From IMG/VR virus record IMGVR_UViG_3300035208_002804, positions 72,275 through 136,274 of that record: a stretch of DNA of 64,000 bases, one strand, 5' to 3'. The notes below the pieces were generated by a model. That model had not been told where the DNA came from. It saw only the letters and a program-made list of their open reading frames with translations, and did not search any database. Source of the stretch: a virus (lineage: Duplodnaviria > Caudoviricetes). Shown piece after piece: positions 29,447 to 40,116 of this stretch. Made by a program: the position numbers and the translations under genes. Within the stretch, counting starts at the first letter, position 1, and every line of letters starts with the position of its first letter.

Positions 29447-31051
29447 TCATACAAACATCATAGTTCCAAGGGGTGTAAATTTTGTATCCCCGAAGTCGTC
29501 ATCTTCTAAATACCAGATGCAATTGGCCACGGTGTCTGCGGAATCTTTTCCTCCGGAGTGAATATGGTCGACTTTTACCTTTCCACCCCCAGTTTGCTTT
29601 ACGATTAGTTCATTACATTCTTGAATAAGTTGCTCATCATGAACCAGTTGTAGGTTGGTATCGAAAGTTCCTTCTTGCATTCCTCTCCACCTATCATAGT
29701 CTTCTTTTGATACAATGTGTTCAATTGCTTCAATATGAAGGGTATGTTCTATATAATCAATTAATTCTGGTGACTGATTAAATACATCATATACTAATGT
29801 TGTGGTTTTGATGTTTTTAATAACAGAAGTTATGAAATTTCGAATGTCAGATGGTTTGATATATGCTTCTGCTTCTGAATCCTTGGTAAACTTACGAACA
29901 CCATCTACAGTAACAGTATTTCCTTTTTTATATGCACACGCAAATCCAAAAGAATCGTTTTTCCAGGCCGGATCAATGGCGACGACATGTGGAATTTTAA
30001 CTGTCTCTGGAAATGAATTCTTGTTGTTAAAATCAAGATTCAGTAGATTGGTTATGGTTGAATTAGTTATAATTCCTTCTGGAAATTGAAGACCTGCTCC
30101 TACTTCTGGTTGGTTTGCAAAATCCCTTAAAAATTTAATCCTGTTATTCCCACAAGATCGACGTAAATCATCTTCTGTAAGCGTTGGGTTAAATTCCCAC
30201 GTTTTATACATTAATCCAAGAGACATTGGATTGGGTCTACGCTGTTCAATTTTAGCATCACGATATTCTCTCATCATGATACCAGTAGCAGTGTTTAGTG
30301 ATGAGATCGCAATGATTTTTCCTTCTCGTTTGAAAGTTTCAGTAGAGTTACATACTTTATCGTAAACTTTCTGAACGTCAAGTAGCGTTTCCGACTCTTG
30401 GAAAAAGTCTAATTCGTCGAAAATACCGATTTTGTTGGTGAAACCTGCTGCTCTTCCGGCATGTGGTGCCAAAACCTGTGCAATTACATTTTTAGACTTG
30501 GATTCGATAAACTGATCCCTGAAATTCAAATCAAACCACTGATCAAAGAACTCATTTTCTTCAATCATATTGCGCATGTTGGCAAAAACACCATAATCTG
30601 CCTGTTTTGTTGATGTTGCAAGACATGTAAGACCAATTGTAGCACCTTTTCCAGATTTACCGGTCATCAACCCAAAATGTCTTGCAGGGGCTTCCCAAGA
30701 TATGGTTTCGAATAATTCGAACCCCATTATCGTTGAAATTAGGCTGGTTTTACTCGTACGCTGGCCTGCTATAAACACCATTTTCTTATATGGAAGCGGA
30801 TATTTTTCAGGATAATATTTATGTCTATAAAACTCCCAAACTACTTCTTTCTGTTTTTGCCACATTCCACGAGACTTTCCAAATTCATCACAACCTGGAA
30901 ATCCAAGAACATCTTCGATAAAATAGACTGGATCTGTTCGTGCTCTTAACACAGTTCGCATGTATTCTTTGTAATCTTTACCGTCAAGTGTTTCTTTTGG
31001 TGATAATTGAAAATAATCTTTTGAATCTTGTTTTTTTGTCTGTTTATTCAT
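29447..31051 (-). CDS. terL: Terminase large subunit
   Basis: AGQRTSKT Walker A variant, IGIFDE Walker B, VAIDPA and KDSAD RNase H-like nuclease motifs. Confidence 0.9.
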   Translation of the reverse strand: MNKQTKKQDSKDYFQLSPKETLDGKDYKEYMRTVLRARTDPVYFIEDVLGFPGCDEFGKSRGMWQKQKEVVWEFYRHKYYPEKYPLPYKKMVFIAGQRTSKTSLISTIMGFELFETISWEAPARHFGLMTGKSGKGATIGLTCLATSTKQADYGVFANMRNMIEENEFFDQWFDLNFRDQFIESKSKNVIAQVLAPHAGRAAGFTNKIGIFDELDFFQESETLLDVQKVYDKVCNSTETFKREGKIIAISSLNTATGIMMREYRDAKIEQRRPNPMSLGLMYKTWEFNPTLTEDDLRRSCGNNRIKFLRDFANQPEVGAGLQFPEGIITNSTITNLLNLDFNNKNSFPETVKIPHVVAIDPAWKNDSFGFACAYKKGNTVTVDGVRKFTKDSEAEAYIKPSDIRNFITSVIKNIKTTTLVYDVFNQSPELIDYIEHTLHIEAIEHIVSKEDYDRWRGMQEGTFDTNLQLVHDEQLIQECNELIVKQTGGGKVKVDHIHSGGKDSADTVANCIWYLEDDDFGDTKFTPLGTMMFV

Positions 31052-31541
31052 CTTCTTCCATCATTTCGAGAACTTTCTGCTGGCACATTGGACACATCTG
31101 TTCAAGTGCATTGTTTACAAATTGATTATAATTCCCTTGGATCTGGATATATTGTTGGTGATATGTATCTCCCTTGTTGAATTTTCCCTGTAACTCATAC
31201 ACAAGTTTAATAGTTTCTCTCATTTCCTTGACAAGTTTAGTTCCTCTGTCAATGGTTCGTGGATCTGGATCATCACCATCATCAACATTGAGATCTAACC
31301 ATCGTTCAACTCGATCTAAAATTGATTCAACTTTATCAAGAAGATAGTCAGGATCCTGTATTTTTTCTGAAAACTTAACATGCGGAACAACAGCAACACT
31401 TATTTCATGATTCAAATTATGATCTTCAACTTCAGCAACCGTTGTTTTGAATTTTAGCGCCATCTCTGCTACAGTTATATTTCCTTTCTGAAGTTTCTGC
31501 GTCCATTCTAATCCAATTGGAGAATCACATATCTTACACAT
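31044..31541 (-). CDS. terS: Terminase small subunit (Zn-finger/HTH type)
   Basis: CKIC...H...H and C-terminal CPMC; overlaps terL start. Confidence 0.65.
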   Translation of the reverse strand: MCKICDSPIGLEWTQKLQKGNITVAEMALKFKTTVAEVEDHNLNHEISVAVVPHVKFSEKIQDPDYLLDKVESILDRVERWLDLNVDDGDDPDPRTIDRGTKLVKEMRETIKLVYELQGKFNKGDTYHQQYIQIQGNYNQFVNNALEQMCPMCQQKVLEMMEEDE

Positions 31542-31783
31542 AACTTAAATATAACCTCTTATTTCCAGTTTCGTTTTTCTTATATTATATTTAAAATAAA
31601 CCGAAATATTCATTATTATCTACACCTTATGATTTACCCTATATAAATTAAGCATTTCTTGAAAATATAAGTATTTAAAGAGAAGTATAACAGAGAGAAA
31701 TCTTTATTATCTTCAAGAACAAATAGTAAAATAGAGGAAACACCTCTACATGTGTATTTATATTTTTCATTAGAAGGAGTAAT

Positions 31784-32008
31784 ATGGAATCAGATATAAC
31801 AGAGAAGAAAGTAAAATTATTAAAGAGTGCAGAAGAACTAAAAAGAATTACTCTTGAATTATGTGAACCGATTAATTCTATTGAAAATAAAATTCCATTT
31901 TTAAAAACAATATTGGAAAAAATTGAAGATGTAAAATCAACTAATATCAAGAAACAAAAACGCAATGAAGTAAAATTAATGAATTCATATTACAGAAGGA
32001 TGAAATAA
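31784..32008 (+). CDS. Hypothetical coiled-coil protein
   Basis: GGAG RBS. Confidence 0.55.
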   Translation: MESDITEKKVKLLKSAEELKRITLELCEPINSIENKIPFLKTILEKIEDVKSTNIKKQKRNEVKLMNSYYRRMK

Positions 32009-32446
32009 ATGACAGAAACTATTGAAGAAGATGGAACCTTTGTAAAAGGAGCATGGTATACGAACAATTCAGCACAAACCAGTCTTGGTAAATATCTACC
32101 GGACATTGATCCTAATGTAAATGTAACACAGACTAATGACTACAATGTAAATGCTACTACATCATCTACCTATACTGAAAATGTAAAAAAGACATTTATA
32201 TCAGCAAACAAAATTATCGATTTCTATAATAATAATGTTCAGATTGTGAGAGAATACCCAAGAGATGAAATTGAAGAGCATTATCAAAATCAACTGAAAA
32301 ACTTTGAAAAAAAAGGTCGAATCCAATTATATGACGGTGAACCCATACCTGAAGATCTTATGTTAGAAGTAGATGGATCTGGTCGTGTAATTCCAAAATC
32401 ACAAAGCACGCTTGATAAATTTATAAATATGTTCAAATTCTGGTAA
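32009..32446 (+). CDS. Hypothetical protein
   Basis: Coupled to upstream stop codon. Confidence 0.6.
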   Translation: MTETIEEDGTFVKGAWYTNNSAQTSLGKYLPDIDPNVNVTQTNDYNVNATTSSTYTENVKKTFISANKIIDFYNNNVQIVREYPRDEIEEHYQNQLKNFEKKGRIQLYDGEPIPEDLMLEVDGSGRVIPKSQSTLDKFINMFKFW

Positions 32447-32518
32447 AGATAAGAAACTTTCTACTTTTCACTCTCTTGAACGATTCATTTATATACTGTT
32501 TACTTTATTTTTATTGCG

Positions 32519-32695
32519 ATGCCTCTTTTTGACATGGTAACATATGCTTCAGAAGGACTTGAAAAGAAACCGTATGGGTGGTGGTTTGTAGCATATGACA
32601 TGCAAGAATATTTACAAACTAACTATCCAAAAGTAAACTATACCAATAACTATACCTATAATTACTTCAACACAGAAGACAATGAAACAGAATGA
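32519..32695 (+). CDS. Small hypothetical protein (58 aa)
   Basis: MPLFDMVTY...; leaderless TTTATATACTGT promoter 31 nt upstream. Confidence 0.5.
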   Translation: MPLFDMVTYASEGLEKKPYGWWFVAYDMQEYLQTNYPKVNYTNNYTYNYFNTEDNETE

Positions 32696-32790
32696 AGTCT
32701 CTTAAGAATTGGATTTGACAATATATAAACTAATTCAACTTTAACGTCGAAAGTTTAATCATCTCACAAACCAATACTACTGTTATAAAA

Positions 32791-33435
32791 ATGTCTATAA
32801 TTGAAATGTATAGTTTGTTTATGGTTTTGTCTATCTTCGCAATCATAATTTTTAATAATGCAGTATTAAAAGATGGTCATTGTGGTTGGATGCTTGTTCC
32901 AATCTGGATACTTGTTGGTATATTTGTAATGACATGTACAGTAACAATAGATGACGACTCCTATGGTTTTTACGGTGAAAAAATACTTGCTCCTGGGTCT
33001 GGACATCTAAAATGGCCTTGGGACCACATCGACACATTTAATACTGATTATAAAAGCGTTGAAGTAACGATTCCATGTCAAACCAGTGACGGAATGAGAC
33101 TTAACTATCATCTTACCTACTTATTTATAACAATAGATCCGGTTGCTTATAGAGCACTTTATCATCATGATATGGAAATGTTTAAACTAAAAATATCTAA
33201 TCAAATGAAACCATATATTGACGAAAGAATGCGGTCTATCAGTGAACGTGACTTCGAAACCGATACTGTTGATAGAGACGAATTACAAGAAGACTTTGAA
33301 TCACATGCTCCAAGAAACGGCATTAAATGGGATCCAACAACAATTAATAAGGTTGGTATGGTCAGTAGCCACTTCGATCACATCGATGAACCAAGCGACG
33401 ATTACTTCTGCGAAAGGAATAAAGAATATTGTTAG
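32791..33435 (+). CDS. SPFH/band 7-like membrane protein
   Basis: Two TM helices, PGSGHLKWPW, QTSDG motifs. Confidence 0.7.
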   Translation: MSIIEMYSLFMVLSIFAIIIFNNAVLKDGHCGWMLVPIWILVGIFVMTCTVTIDDDSYGFYGEKILAPGSGHLKWPWDHIDTFNTDYKSVEVTIPCQTSDGMRLNYHLTYLFITIDPVAYRALYHHDMEMFKLKISNQMKPYIDERMRSISERDFETDTVDRDELQEDFESHAPRNGIKWDPTTINKVGMVSSHFDHIDEPSDDYFCERNKEYC

Positions 33436-33521
33436 GAAGAGTGGGAAAAGTAATTATTATCTTAAAACCATCTTTTTACCTATCGATAAGTTTATATATT
33501 GTTAAAATCTTATTACTATAT

Positions 33522-33805
33522 TGTCCAGTGCAAATGGAGTAACGAGAGGGGAAGCAAAGTGGGAAGTGACGTTCTCAAATGAATGATAGGACATTGGTGA
33601 CGCGGTGTTCTTTCTTCTTTTTTCTTTTGTTATGAGGTTGTCGCGGCACTTCGTTTGCTGGAAGAAGCGTTTAATCCTCTTGTGACAATACAGATCGATG
33701 TTCTATTCTTGTGTAAGTGTTTTTTCGATGACAGTATCGTGTTGATATAGTGACGGCTCTACGTTGTGATGTGACAGCGGCTATGTTTTGAGTTACTTTT
33801 TTATT
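33522..33805 (+). ncRNA. Structured ncRNA family copy N3
   Basis: TTTATATA at 33491; core TTCTTTTTTCTTTTGTTATGAG; two hairpins with identical GTGACG loops; ends in a T tract. Confidence 0.7.
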
Positions 33806-33878
33806 CTTTGACAGCATACATAAGTGTATAAAAATCAAAGGGTTTTGTTTATATGCTTGAAAGAAGAGGAAAATAATA

Positions 33879-34292
33879 ATGTATAATCATTTATATCTTG
33901 TTAGTGACGGCGGGGCAAGATTGTATAAGAAGATTGGGGCGTATGCTTTTCTTATTATGGATGATGATTTTGAGATAATTTGTCAGGATTCACAATTGTT
34001 AAGTGGTAATGAGGTTACAAGTAATGTGGCTGAATACAGTGGTTTGATAAATGGTCTTCAAAATGCAGCGGGCATGTCACACTCTATCACGGTAGTTTCT
34101 GATAGTCAGTTAATGATTAGTCAGATGAATGGCTCGTTTCAAGTAAAAGCACCTCATTTGATAGAGTTGCACAAAAAAGCGACGATGCTTTGTTCGACAT
34201 TTGACGAAGTAACGTTTGAATGGAGAGCAAGGGAAGACAAATTCATTAGCATTTGTGATAAACTTTGTGACGAAAAAATCGAAAGTGTGTGA
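33879..34292 (+). CDS. rnhA: Ribonuclease HI family protein
   Basis: SDGGAR, TSNVAEY, SDSQL..Q..G, W..RE...CD.L motifs. Confidence 0.9.
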   Translation: MYNHLYLVSDGGARLYKKIGAYAFLIMDDDFEIICQDSQLLSGNEVTSNVAEYSGLINGLQNAAGMSHSITVVSDSQLMISQMNGSFQVKAPHLIELHKKATMLCSTFDEVTFEWRAREDKFISICDKLCDEKIESV

Positions 34293-37036
34293 ATATGGGT
34301 AAGAATTTTGGAAACTGGGAGTTTTTGCGCATGTGGCCTTTTAAAAAGAAGTCTATTAGAAGTGTTAGTATATATATTAATGTTTATGATCCAGACGATT
34401 TGACAAGTCGTTATGAGTCATATCAATTATGTGTAGATGAAACTGAATATAATGATATTAATGATGATGTTTATAATTTTATAGATGATACCGTGATGAA
34501 AGTTGAAAAGTGGAATAAACAAAAGGTAGAAAATGAAGAGCGAGCCGAATTGGAGCGACTTAAATCGAAATATTATGGAAGATGAGTTTGATATTAATAT
34601 GAAGTATGTCACTCGTTATGAATACAATTTTCCGTTGACACCAAACGAAATTGCAATTATTAAAATATTTGCTGAATTTGATAATGGATGATTTAAATGG
34701 TTGGAATTGTTAGTGTTTGCTTTGGAATGATGGTGCTTTGTGTATTTTTAATTATATGGGGTATATTTTTTCATGGTATTGTAACCGGAATTAGAGAAAA
34801 AGATTATGGATTAATTGTATTTATGTCGGTTTCGTTTTTATTTAGTATAGTTGTTGGTTTATTTAGTGTTCTTTATTTATGGAGTTGATGAAATGGAAGA
34901 ATTTTCTGATGATAATTTTATCATTTGCCCACATTGTAAGAAGTTGATTAAGGATGCTTTGGATTATGGGCTTGGTAGGTATTATGAATCTATCGAATGT
35001 CCACATTGTGAGAAAGAATTTGAAGCGAGAATAGAAACGAGTTATACATATTATTCGAAGGAAATGGGCGTTGATTTATGATTGTTGAATTGATGTTGTT
35101 GTTTTTGGCGCTTGTTTTGATAATGATGGTGGTTATATTTTCATTCGTGTGTTGTATTGCCATTGTTGTTAGTTATATAGCGAAAACGTCCGGTTTTGTA
35201 TTTGTTAAAAATAGGTGATTAGAAGTGGGTATCATTGCGAAAATTGAAGATGTTAATGTTAGGGGTTATAGAAACTGTGGGTTTTGCATGTTTTATAGTT
35301 CGGTTAATGGTAGTTTTTGCCAATGTAGGGAAAGATCTGAAATGAGGGACCATCCGATGCAACATACATTTTGTAGATGGAATTTGAGTTGGGATGAATT
35401 CTGTCAAGTTTATGATCCATATATAATGTGATGGTGAAAATTATGGGTGACGTTGAAGTTAGGAGATTAGAAATGAACGGTTGGGCTTTATATAATTATT
35501 TGGTGTTGTTGCCGAAAAGACTGTGGAATTTGGAATCTGGAACAAAATTGACACATAATGATGGTGGTAGAGTTGAAGTTGCTAAAAATGGTGATTGGAT
35601 AATTGGTTACGCTGTAAACAAAGAATTTAGTCATTACATGATATTAGCCGACACAACTTATGTTAATAATGAAGAGGTTGGTTTTGTTTGATTGATAAAA
35701 TGGGATCAAATTTGATGAAAAGTGCTAAATTGGCAGAGCCGAGAAAGTTTTTGAATGTTGGTGATATTGGAGAAATTGATGGTCGTTATTATAGACTTGA
35801 TTGTATTAATGATTTGAGACACATAGCATATTTTACAGAGATTAATGTTCATAAGTTGAAATATAGTAATGGGTGTGTAGAGGTTATAGAATGAGTAACC
35901 AAATCGGTCCAAAAACTAAAGAATGGTGTCCTGAATTAGAATGGAGAGAGGTAGGCTGTGTTACTAATTTTGGATAGATTAATATGACTGTGAGATTTGT
36001 ATTTCCAACAAATGAAATGATTATGAAAAATGTTATTAGGAGATTAGAAATGAAAGGGTGGGTTAGACTTCTTAATTGGAGGAAGTTTCATTGGATTGAG
36101 GATGGCGAGTCGCTTTGTGGGAAATGGATGTATTGGGGTCAGGATGAAGCAATGTTTGATGGTGATATAACAGTTAAGAAAGGTGAATGTGCTGCATGTA
36201 GAAAGAAGTTAGATAAAAGAATGGAGAAAATTTGATGGGTGATGAAAGAGAAACGATGGTTTGTGGCGAATGTGGTTGTATTTTGTTTTCAATTGGCAGG
36301 TATGAATTAGTGCCAGTTGAACATTTTAAAGGGGAGTGTAAAAATGAGTAGTCGATATGATTCTGGTATTGAGTTTACTCCCGAAGAAGAGGAAGCGTGG
36401 AAAAAAGAAGTGGACAGAAGATATAAAGATGTGCCACGATATCCAATTACTGGGGAGAAAGTAATGATGATGCATGATTTGCGAGACAAATTGAAATTTT
36501 TAGGTAGATATGATGAATGGGAGAATTTTGATGACACCAGACATTAAGAACGGTGATATTCCGTTGTGGTTTGAATGCGAAGTGTGTGAATTTGATAGTT
36601 TTCATATTTTAGAATTTGGTGATTATTATCATTGTTCATGTGCTCATTGCGGAATGGTTAAAATAATAAAGAAGGGGTAAATATGAAACAACCGGATAAA
36701 TATGATGATGTGTTTGATGCGTTGTGTTATATGGTTACGGAGGTTTGGAAAAGTGGTAAATCGCAACGTATCAATTTAAATGATCATATGGAGTTTGATT
36801 ATGAAACAACCGGAGATAAGTGGAAATTTTGTAACGATCCAATTAGAGCGATATCAGAGGCGGTAGAATGTATGGACAGAGTTGGTGATGATAATTTTGG
36901 GCCGGAAATTTTAGTGATGAAAAGTTATGATGTCAGGGAGAAGAAAGATGTAATTACATTGGTTGATATGAGCCATTTAAAGAGATCGGAAAGGAAGTTG
37001 TGGGATGATAGAGTCGAAAATAATAGTTACATTTAA
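34289..37036 (+). other. Operon of small hypothetical proteins (several Zn-finger and single-TM)
   Basis: Tightly packed ORFs 34289, 34697, ~34892, 35225, ~35473, 35688, ~36050, 36317, 36683 with RBSs. Confidence 0.6.
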
Positions 37037-37064
37037 TTCAGTATTACTATTTTAGATTTTCGTG

Positions 37065-37850
37065 TTACTCGCCTTTTAGGTGGTTTATTTTTAGTTTTTT
37101 TTCGCAGGCGATGATGTCTTTGTATTCAATGCGTTTGGTTCTGTAATCTTCTGCCATTACTTCGGGAAGGTTTAACATTATTTTTTCCATGAGTAGGAGC
37201 ATTATTGATTCGAGTTCTTTGTAAGCGAGGGTTGTGAAGAATAGTCTGTTTGGGTGGTAGATGTGGTAGAGGTAGGCCATGACACGATTTCGCATTATTA
37301 TCGGGTGTTTGTTTGGGATAACATCTTTGGTGGTGGTTTTTATATTGAAATTGTGGTTTTTGGTGAACGTCTTGTTTTTTATGTGGTAGATTCTGTTTCT
37401 ATAGGCTTGGCATTTGAAGTATGAGATGTCTTCGCTGGTTATTTTATTGATGAAATCGGACACGAAGATGATTTCGGTTGAATTTGTTAGGAGGGGGTTG
37501 TTTGGGTCTGGATTTTTGACGGGACAAGGTTTAATTTTAGACAGGTTTTCGTCCAGTAATATTTGCTCGTTTATTTGTTTTATGTATTGCGTGCCATCTA
37601 TACTTGAGGGGGTTGGCGTGACAGCCATGAATGAGGCTTTAAGTCGGCCATCTTTGCGGTGGTGAAGTTTTGGCGAGATTATACCAGAGATGTTTGACAA
37701 TAGGTGGGTGTCCAGAGGGTCTAATGTTAGGGGGTTATGATCCAGACGGGTAAAAGTGGAGAGGGGTATCTTTTTTCCGGCGTATATTTGAGATTTAACT
37801 GGACGAGGGCCAAGTTCCGGCGTTAGTTTAATTTTATGTATTGGGGGCAT
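37065..37850 (-). CDS. Hypothetical basic protein
   Basis: 261 aa ORF. Confidence 0.6.
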   Translation of the reverse strand: MPPIHKIKLTPELGPRPVKSQIYAGKKIPLSTFTRLDHNPLTLDPLDTHLLSNISGIISPKLHHRKDGRLKASFMAVTPTPSSIDGTQYIKQINEQILLDENLSKIKPCPVKNPDPNNPLLTNSTEIIFVSDFINKITSEDISYFKCQAYRNRIYHIKNKTFTKNHNFNIKTTTKDVIPNKHPIIMRNRVMAYLYHIYHPNRLFFTTLAYKELESIMLLLMEKIMLNLPEVMAEDYRTKRIEYKDIIACEKKLKINHLKGE

Positions 37851-37919
37851 AGATGTTTTTCGGCTGGTTTTATTTGGCGGTTAGAAGGTTATTGGGGTCG
37901 GTAGGGGGCTAATTTTTTA

Positions 37920-38192
37920 TTAGTCTCCTTCCAAACATTCGTCACAGCAGTGGTCTTCGTTATTGTTTGTGGTGGAGAAGAACATGTTACATTTTGTGCA
38001 GCGTTTGTAGAAGACGGGAATGTGACGGCAGTGGTTGACGCAGTTTGAACAGTAGAGACCTTTATAGCGACCAAGTGTTCCGTCCAGTTTATATTTTGGG
38101 TTGGCGGGATCAATGTTTGGGGGTGTGATGTCAGAGCGATAGAGAGTTATGGGGGTATTACAGCGTTGACAGTGGCGAGTTATACGGGGCAT
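37920..38192 (-). CDS. Double Zn-finger protein
   Basis: CQRC..YCSNC, CTKC..CCDEC; CGAAACCTTTATATA promoter. Confidence 0.65.
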   Translation of the reverse strand: MPRITRHCQRCNTPITLYRSDITPPNIDPANPKYKLDGTLGRYKGLYCSNCVNHCRHIPVFYKRCTKCNMFFSTTNNNEDHCCDECLEGD

Positions 38193-38456
38193 GGATAGTA
38201 GTAAATATTACGCATTATATAAAGGTTTCGTCTGGTTTATAGTGGGATGGGTAGAAATATTTTTTGTGGGGTGAAATGAAAGTAATATAATTTAAAGTAT
38301 CGTCTGGTTTTGATAGAAGATTATAGTAATATGATTTTACGTCCAGTTTATTTTGAAAATGAGTAGTGTTAATCTATATACCAGGTAAGTGCTTTTATCC
38401 CCTATTAACATATAAAATTTTATTCCTCCCGTTAACCATTTCTATTTAACTTTCCA

Positions 38457-38940
38457 GTGATGTCAACCACATCTACCTAAATAAACCAGGAATGAACCCT
38501 GATTCCAAATCCAGGTTCAAATCTAACCCCGTTTGTTATATCACTGAAATGTTGGTGATGTCAATATTCACGCAATGGCTTTAAAATCATATTTAAAACC
38601 CGATTCTCGTTCCGTTCCGTTATATCACTAAAGTGATATAACCTCACTCACTCCTATCGGGTGATGTTGCCACGGTGATATCACTAACGCACTTGTGATA
38701 TTCGTATGTTGTGATATCACAATCTATCCGGTGATGTCAGATCTCATATTTGGTAAGCCTATCATTTTTGGATGTGATATCACTATGTTGGTTGTGATGT
38801 GGTGCCGCAATATTTCCGGTGATATCACTAAAATATGGTTAAAATTGATGAATATCACAACTATTTGGTGATGTCAATAAGGCCAGGATGAGCCTGGAAT
38901 TGCAATTAGACTGATTCCTGGTCACCGTTTGTTATATTCC
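38457..38940. repeat. Array of palindromic GTGATATCAC-like sites
   Basis: About 16 copies; five pairs spaced exactly 20 bp. Confidence 0.85.
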
Positions 38941-38985
38941 ATAGTCATGAAAACCCTTATATAGTATTGAGTCTAACATATACTC

Positions 38986-39180
38986 ATGGCAACAACAACC
39001 ATTTTTGAAGGTGCCTCTCACGTGGCATATTTCGCCGCTGGTCGCCAGTGGTTATCATACGGATACCACAAGATCATTAAGACCGGTAGTATGTTCACGG
39101 TAGAGTATTACTACGGAAGCAGTGTGGCCCGGCATGCAGAGAAAGGGATAACTTCCCTTTCCTTCAAACCAGACTTTTAA
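38986..39180 (+). CDS. Hypothetical protein (leaderless)
   Basis: GAAAACCCTTATATA promoter about 30 nt upstream. Confidence 0.6.
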   Translation: MATTTIFEGASHVAYFAAGRQWLSYGYHKIIKTGSMFTVEYYYGSSVARHAEKGITSLSFKPDF

Positions 39181-39389
39181 TTTTTGGAGGTAAAAACATG
39201 GCAACGATTGAAGACTACAACAAAGAATATACTCTCTGGGAAACAATGAAACCATACAGCAGATACAACGGCCCTGTGATTGATACCACAGAGAACCCGT
39301 GTGAGTATTGCACGTATTCCGGTATCCATGAAGATAGTGGCTGCCCCGGATGTTTCTTTAATTAATCTTTTTTTTTTGTTTCTAAAAAT

Positions 39390-39768
39390 TAGTTAGGCAA
39401 AGACTAACTAACTACTTTATTTAATGCTCATATTGCCGTTCTTTTCTATATTTGCTTTGAGACAATCACAGAGGCACCTACGTTTGTGTTTAATGTTTAG
39501 TCATAGGAACGTAAAGGATAGGATGAGATAGGCTGTTGGCGTTGTAATGGTATTATGGTTTTTTGGTGGTGGTCAGAAAAAAGTGGTGGTGGTGAATATA
39601 GTTAAGTTTGTGAACTATGTTATTGATTGTCTTTAAAAGGGATAGTCTGTTTTTAGGATAGTTAAATTTATGAACTATTAACTTTGTGAATTGTTGTCAT
39701 TACAATAGTTAAATTTGTGAATAGTCTGTTTTTAGTATTAAAATAATAGTTAGGTTCGTACTAACTAA
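39390..39768. repeat. Cluster of ATAGTT-N9-AACTAT palindromes and related repeats
   Basis: Copies at 39598, 39658, 39705; TAGTTAGG-N5-ACTAACTAA at 39390 and 39747. Confidence 0.75.
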
Positions 39769-39930
39769 TTTGAAGGAAAAGGTAATCTGGTGACTAATTT
39801 TCTCCCTCCTATCCCCTCTTATCTCCTATCCTCCTCCTTTCCCCAAACAACCCCCATTTTACCCTTATTTTCCACCACTAATAACCACCTTGATCAAACC
39901 ATTACAAACAGTCTCTTACCCATGACTATT

Positions 39931-40040
39931 AAACTATACATCAATGTACAAAAGTGTACATTATAGCATAAAAATATACAAAAGTGTACAAAAATATACA
40001 TCAATGATTATATTAATACATTAATTACTAAAAACATACA
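39931..40040. repeat. 10-bp-period repeat ending in TACA
   Basis: aaactataca tcaatgtaca aaagtgtaca ... aaaatataca aaagtgtaca aaaatataca. Confidence 0.8.
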
Positions 40041-40116
40041 TTTATAAAAAATCAAAAAAAAAAAGATTTAAAAGTTTATTTCTCTCTCTTTCTCTCACTT
40101 TCTCTCACTTTCTCTC

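Noticed and set aside
2517-31125. Many short plus-strand ORFs opposite structural genes, including 16532-16831 and 19990-20220
   Set aside because: Antisense shadows without RBS or promoter; 16532-16831 mirrors the frameshift extension and 19990-20220 just translates the 12-bp repeat
33600-33640. T tracts in the ncRNA loci read as simple terminators
   Set aside because: They lie about 50-90 nt after a dedicated promoter, are paired by a compensating purine strand, and are followed by conserved structured sequence
38457-38940. CRISPR array or C/D-box sRNA cluster
   Set aside because: Units are 10-bp palindromes with no regular repeat-spacer period and no paired RUGAUGA/CUGA boxes
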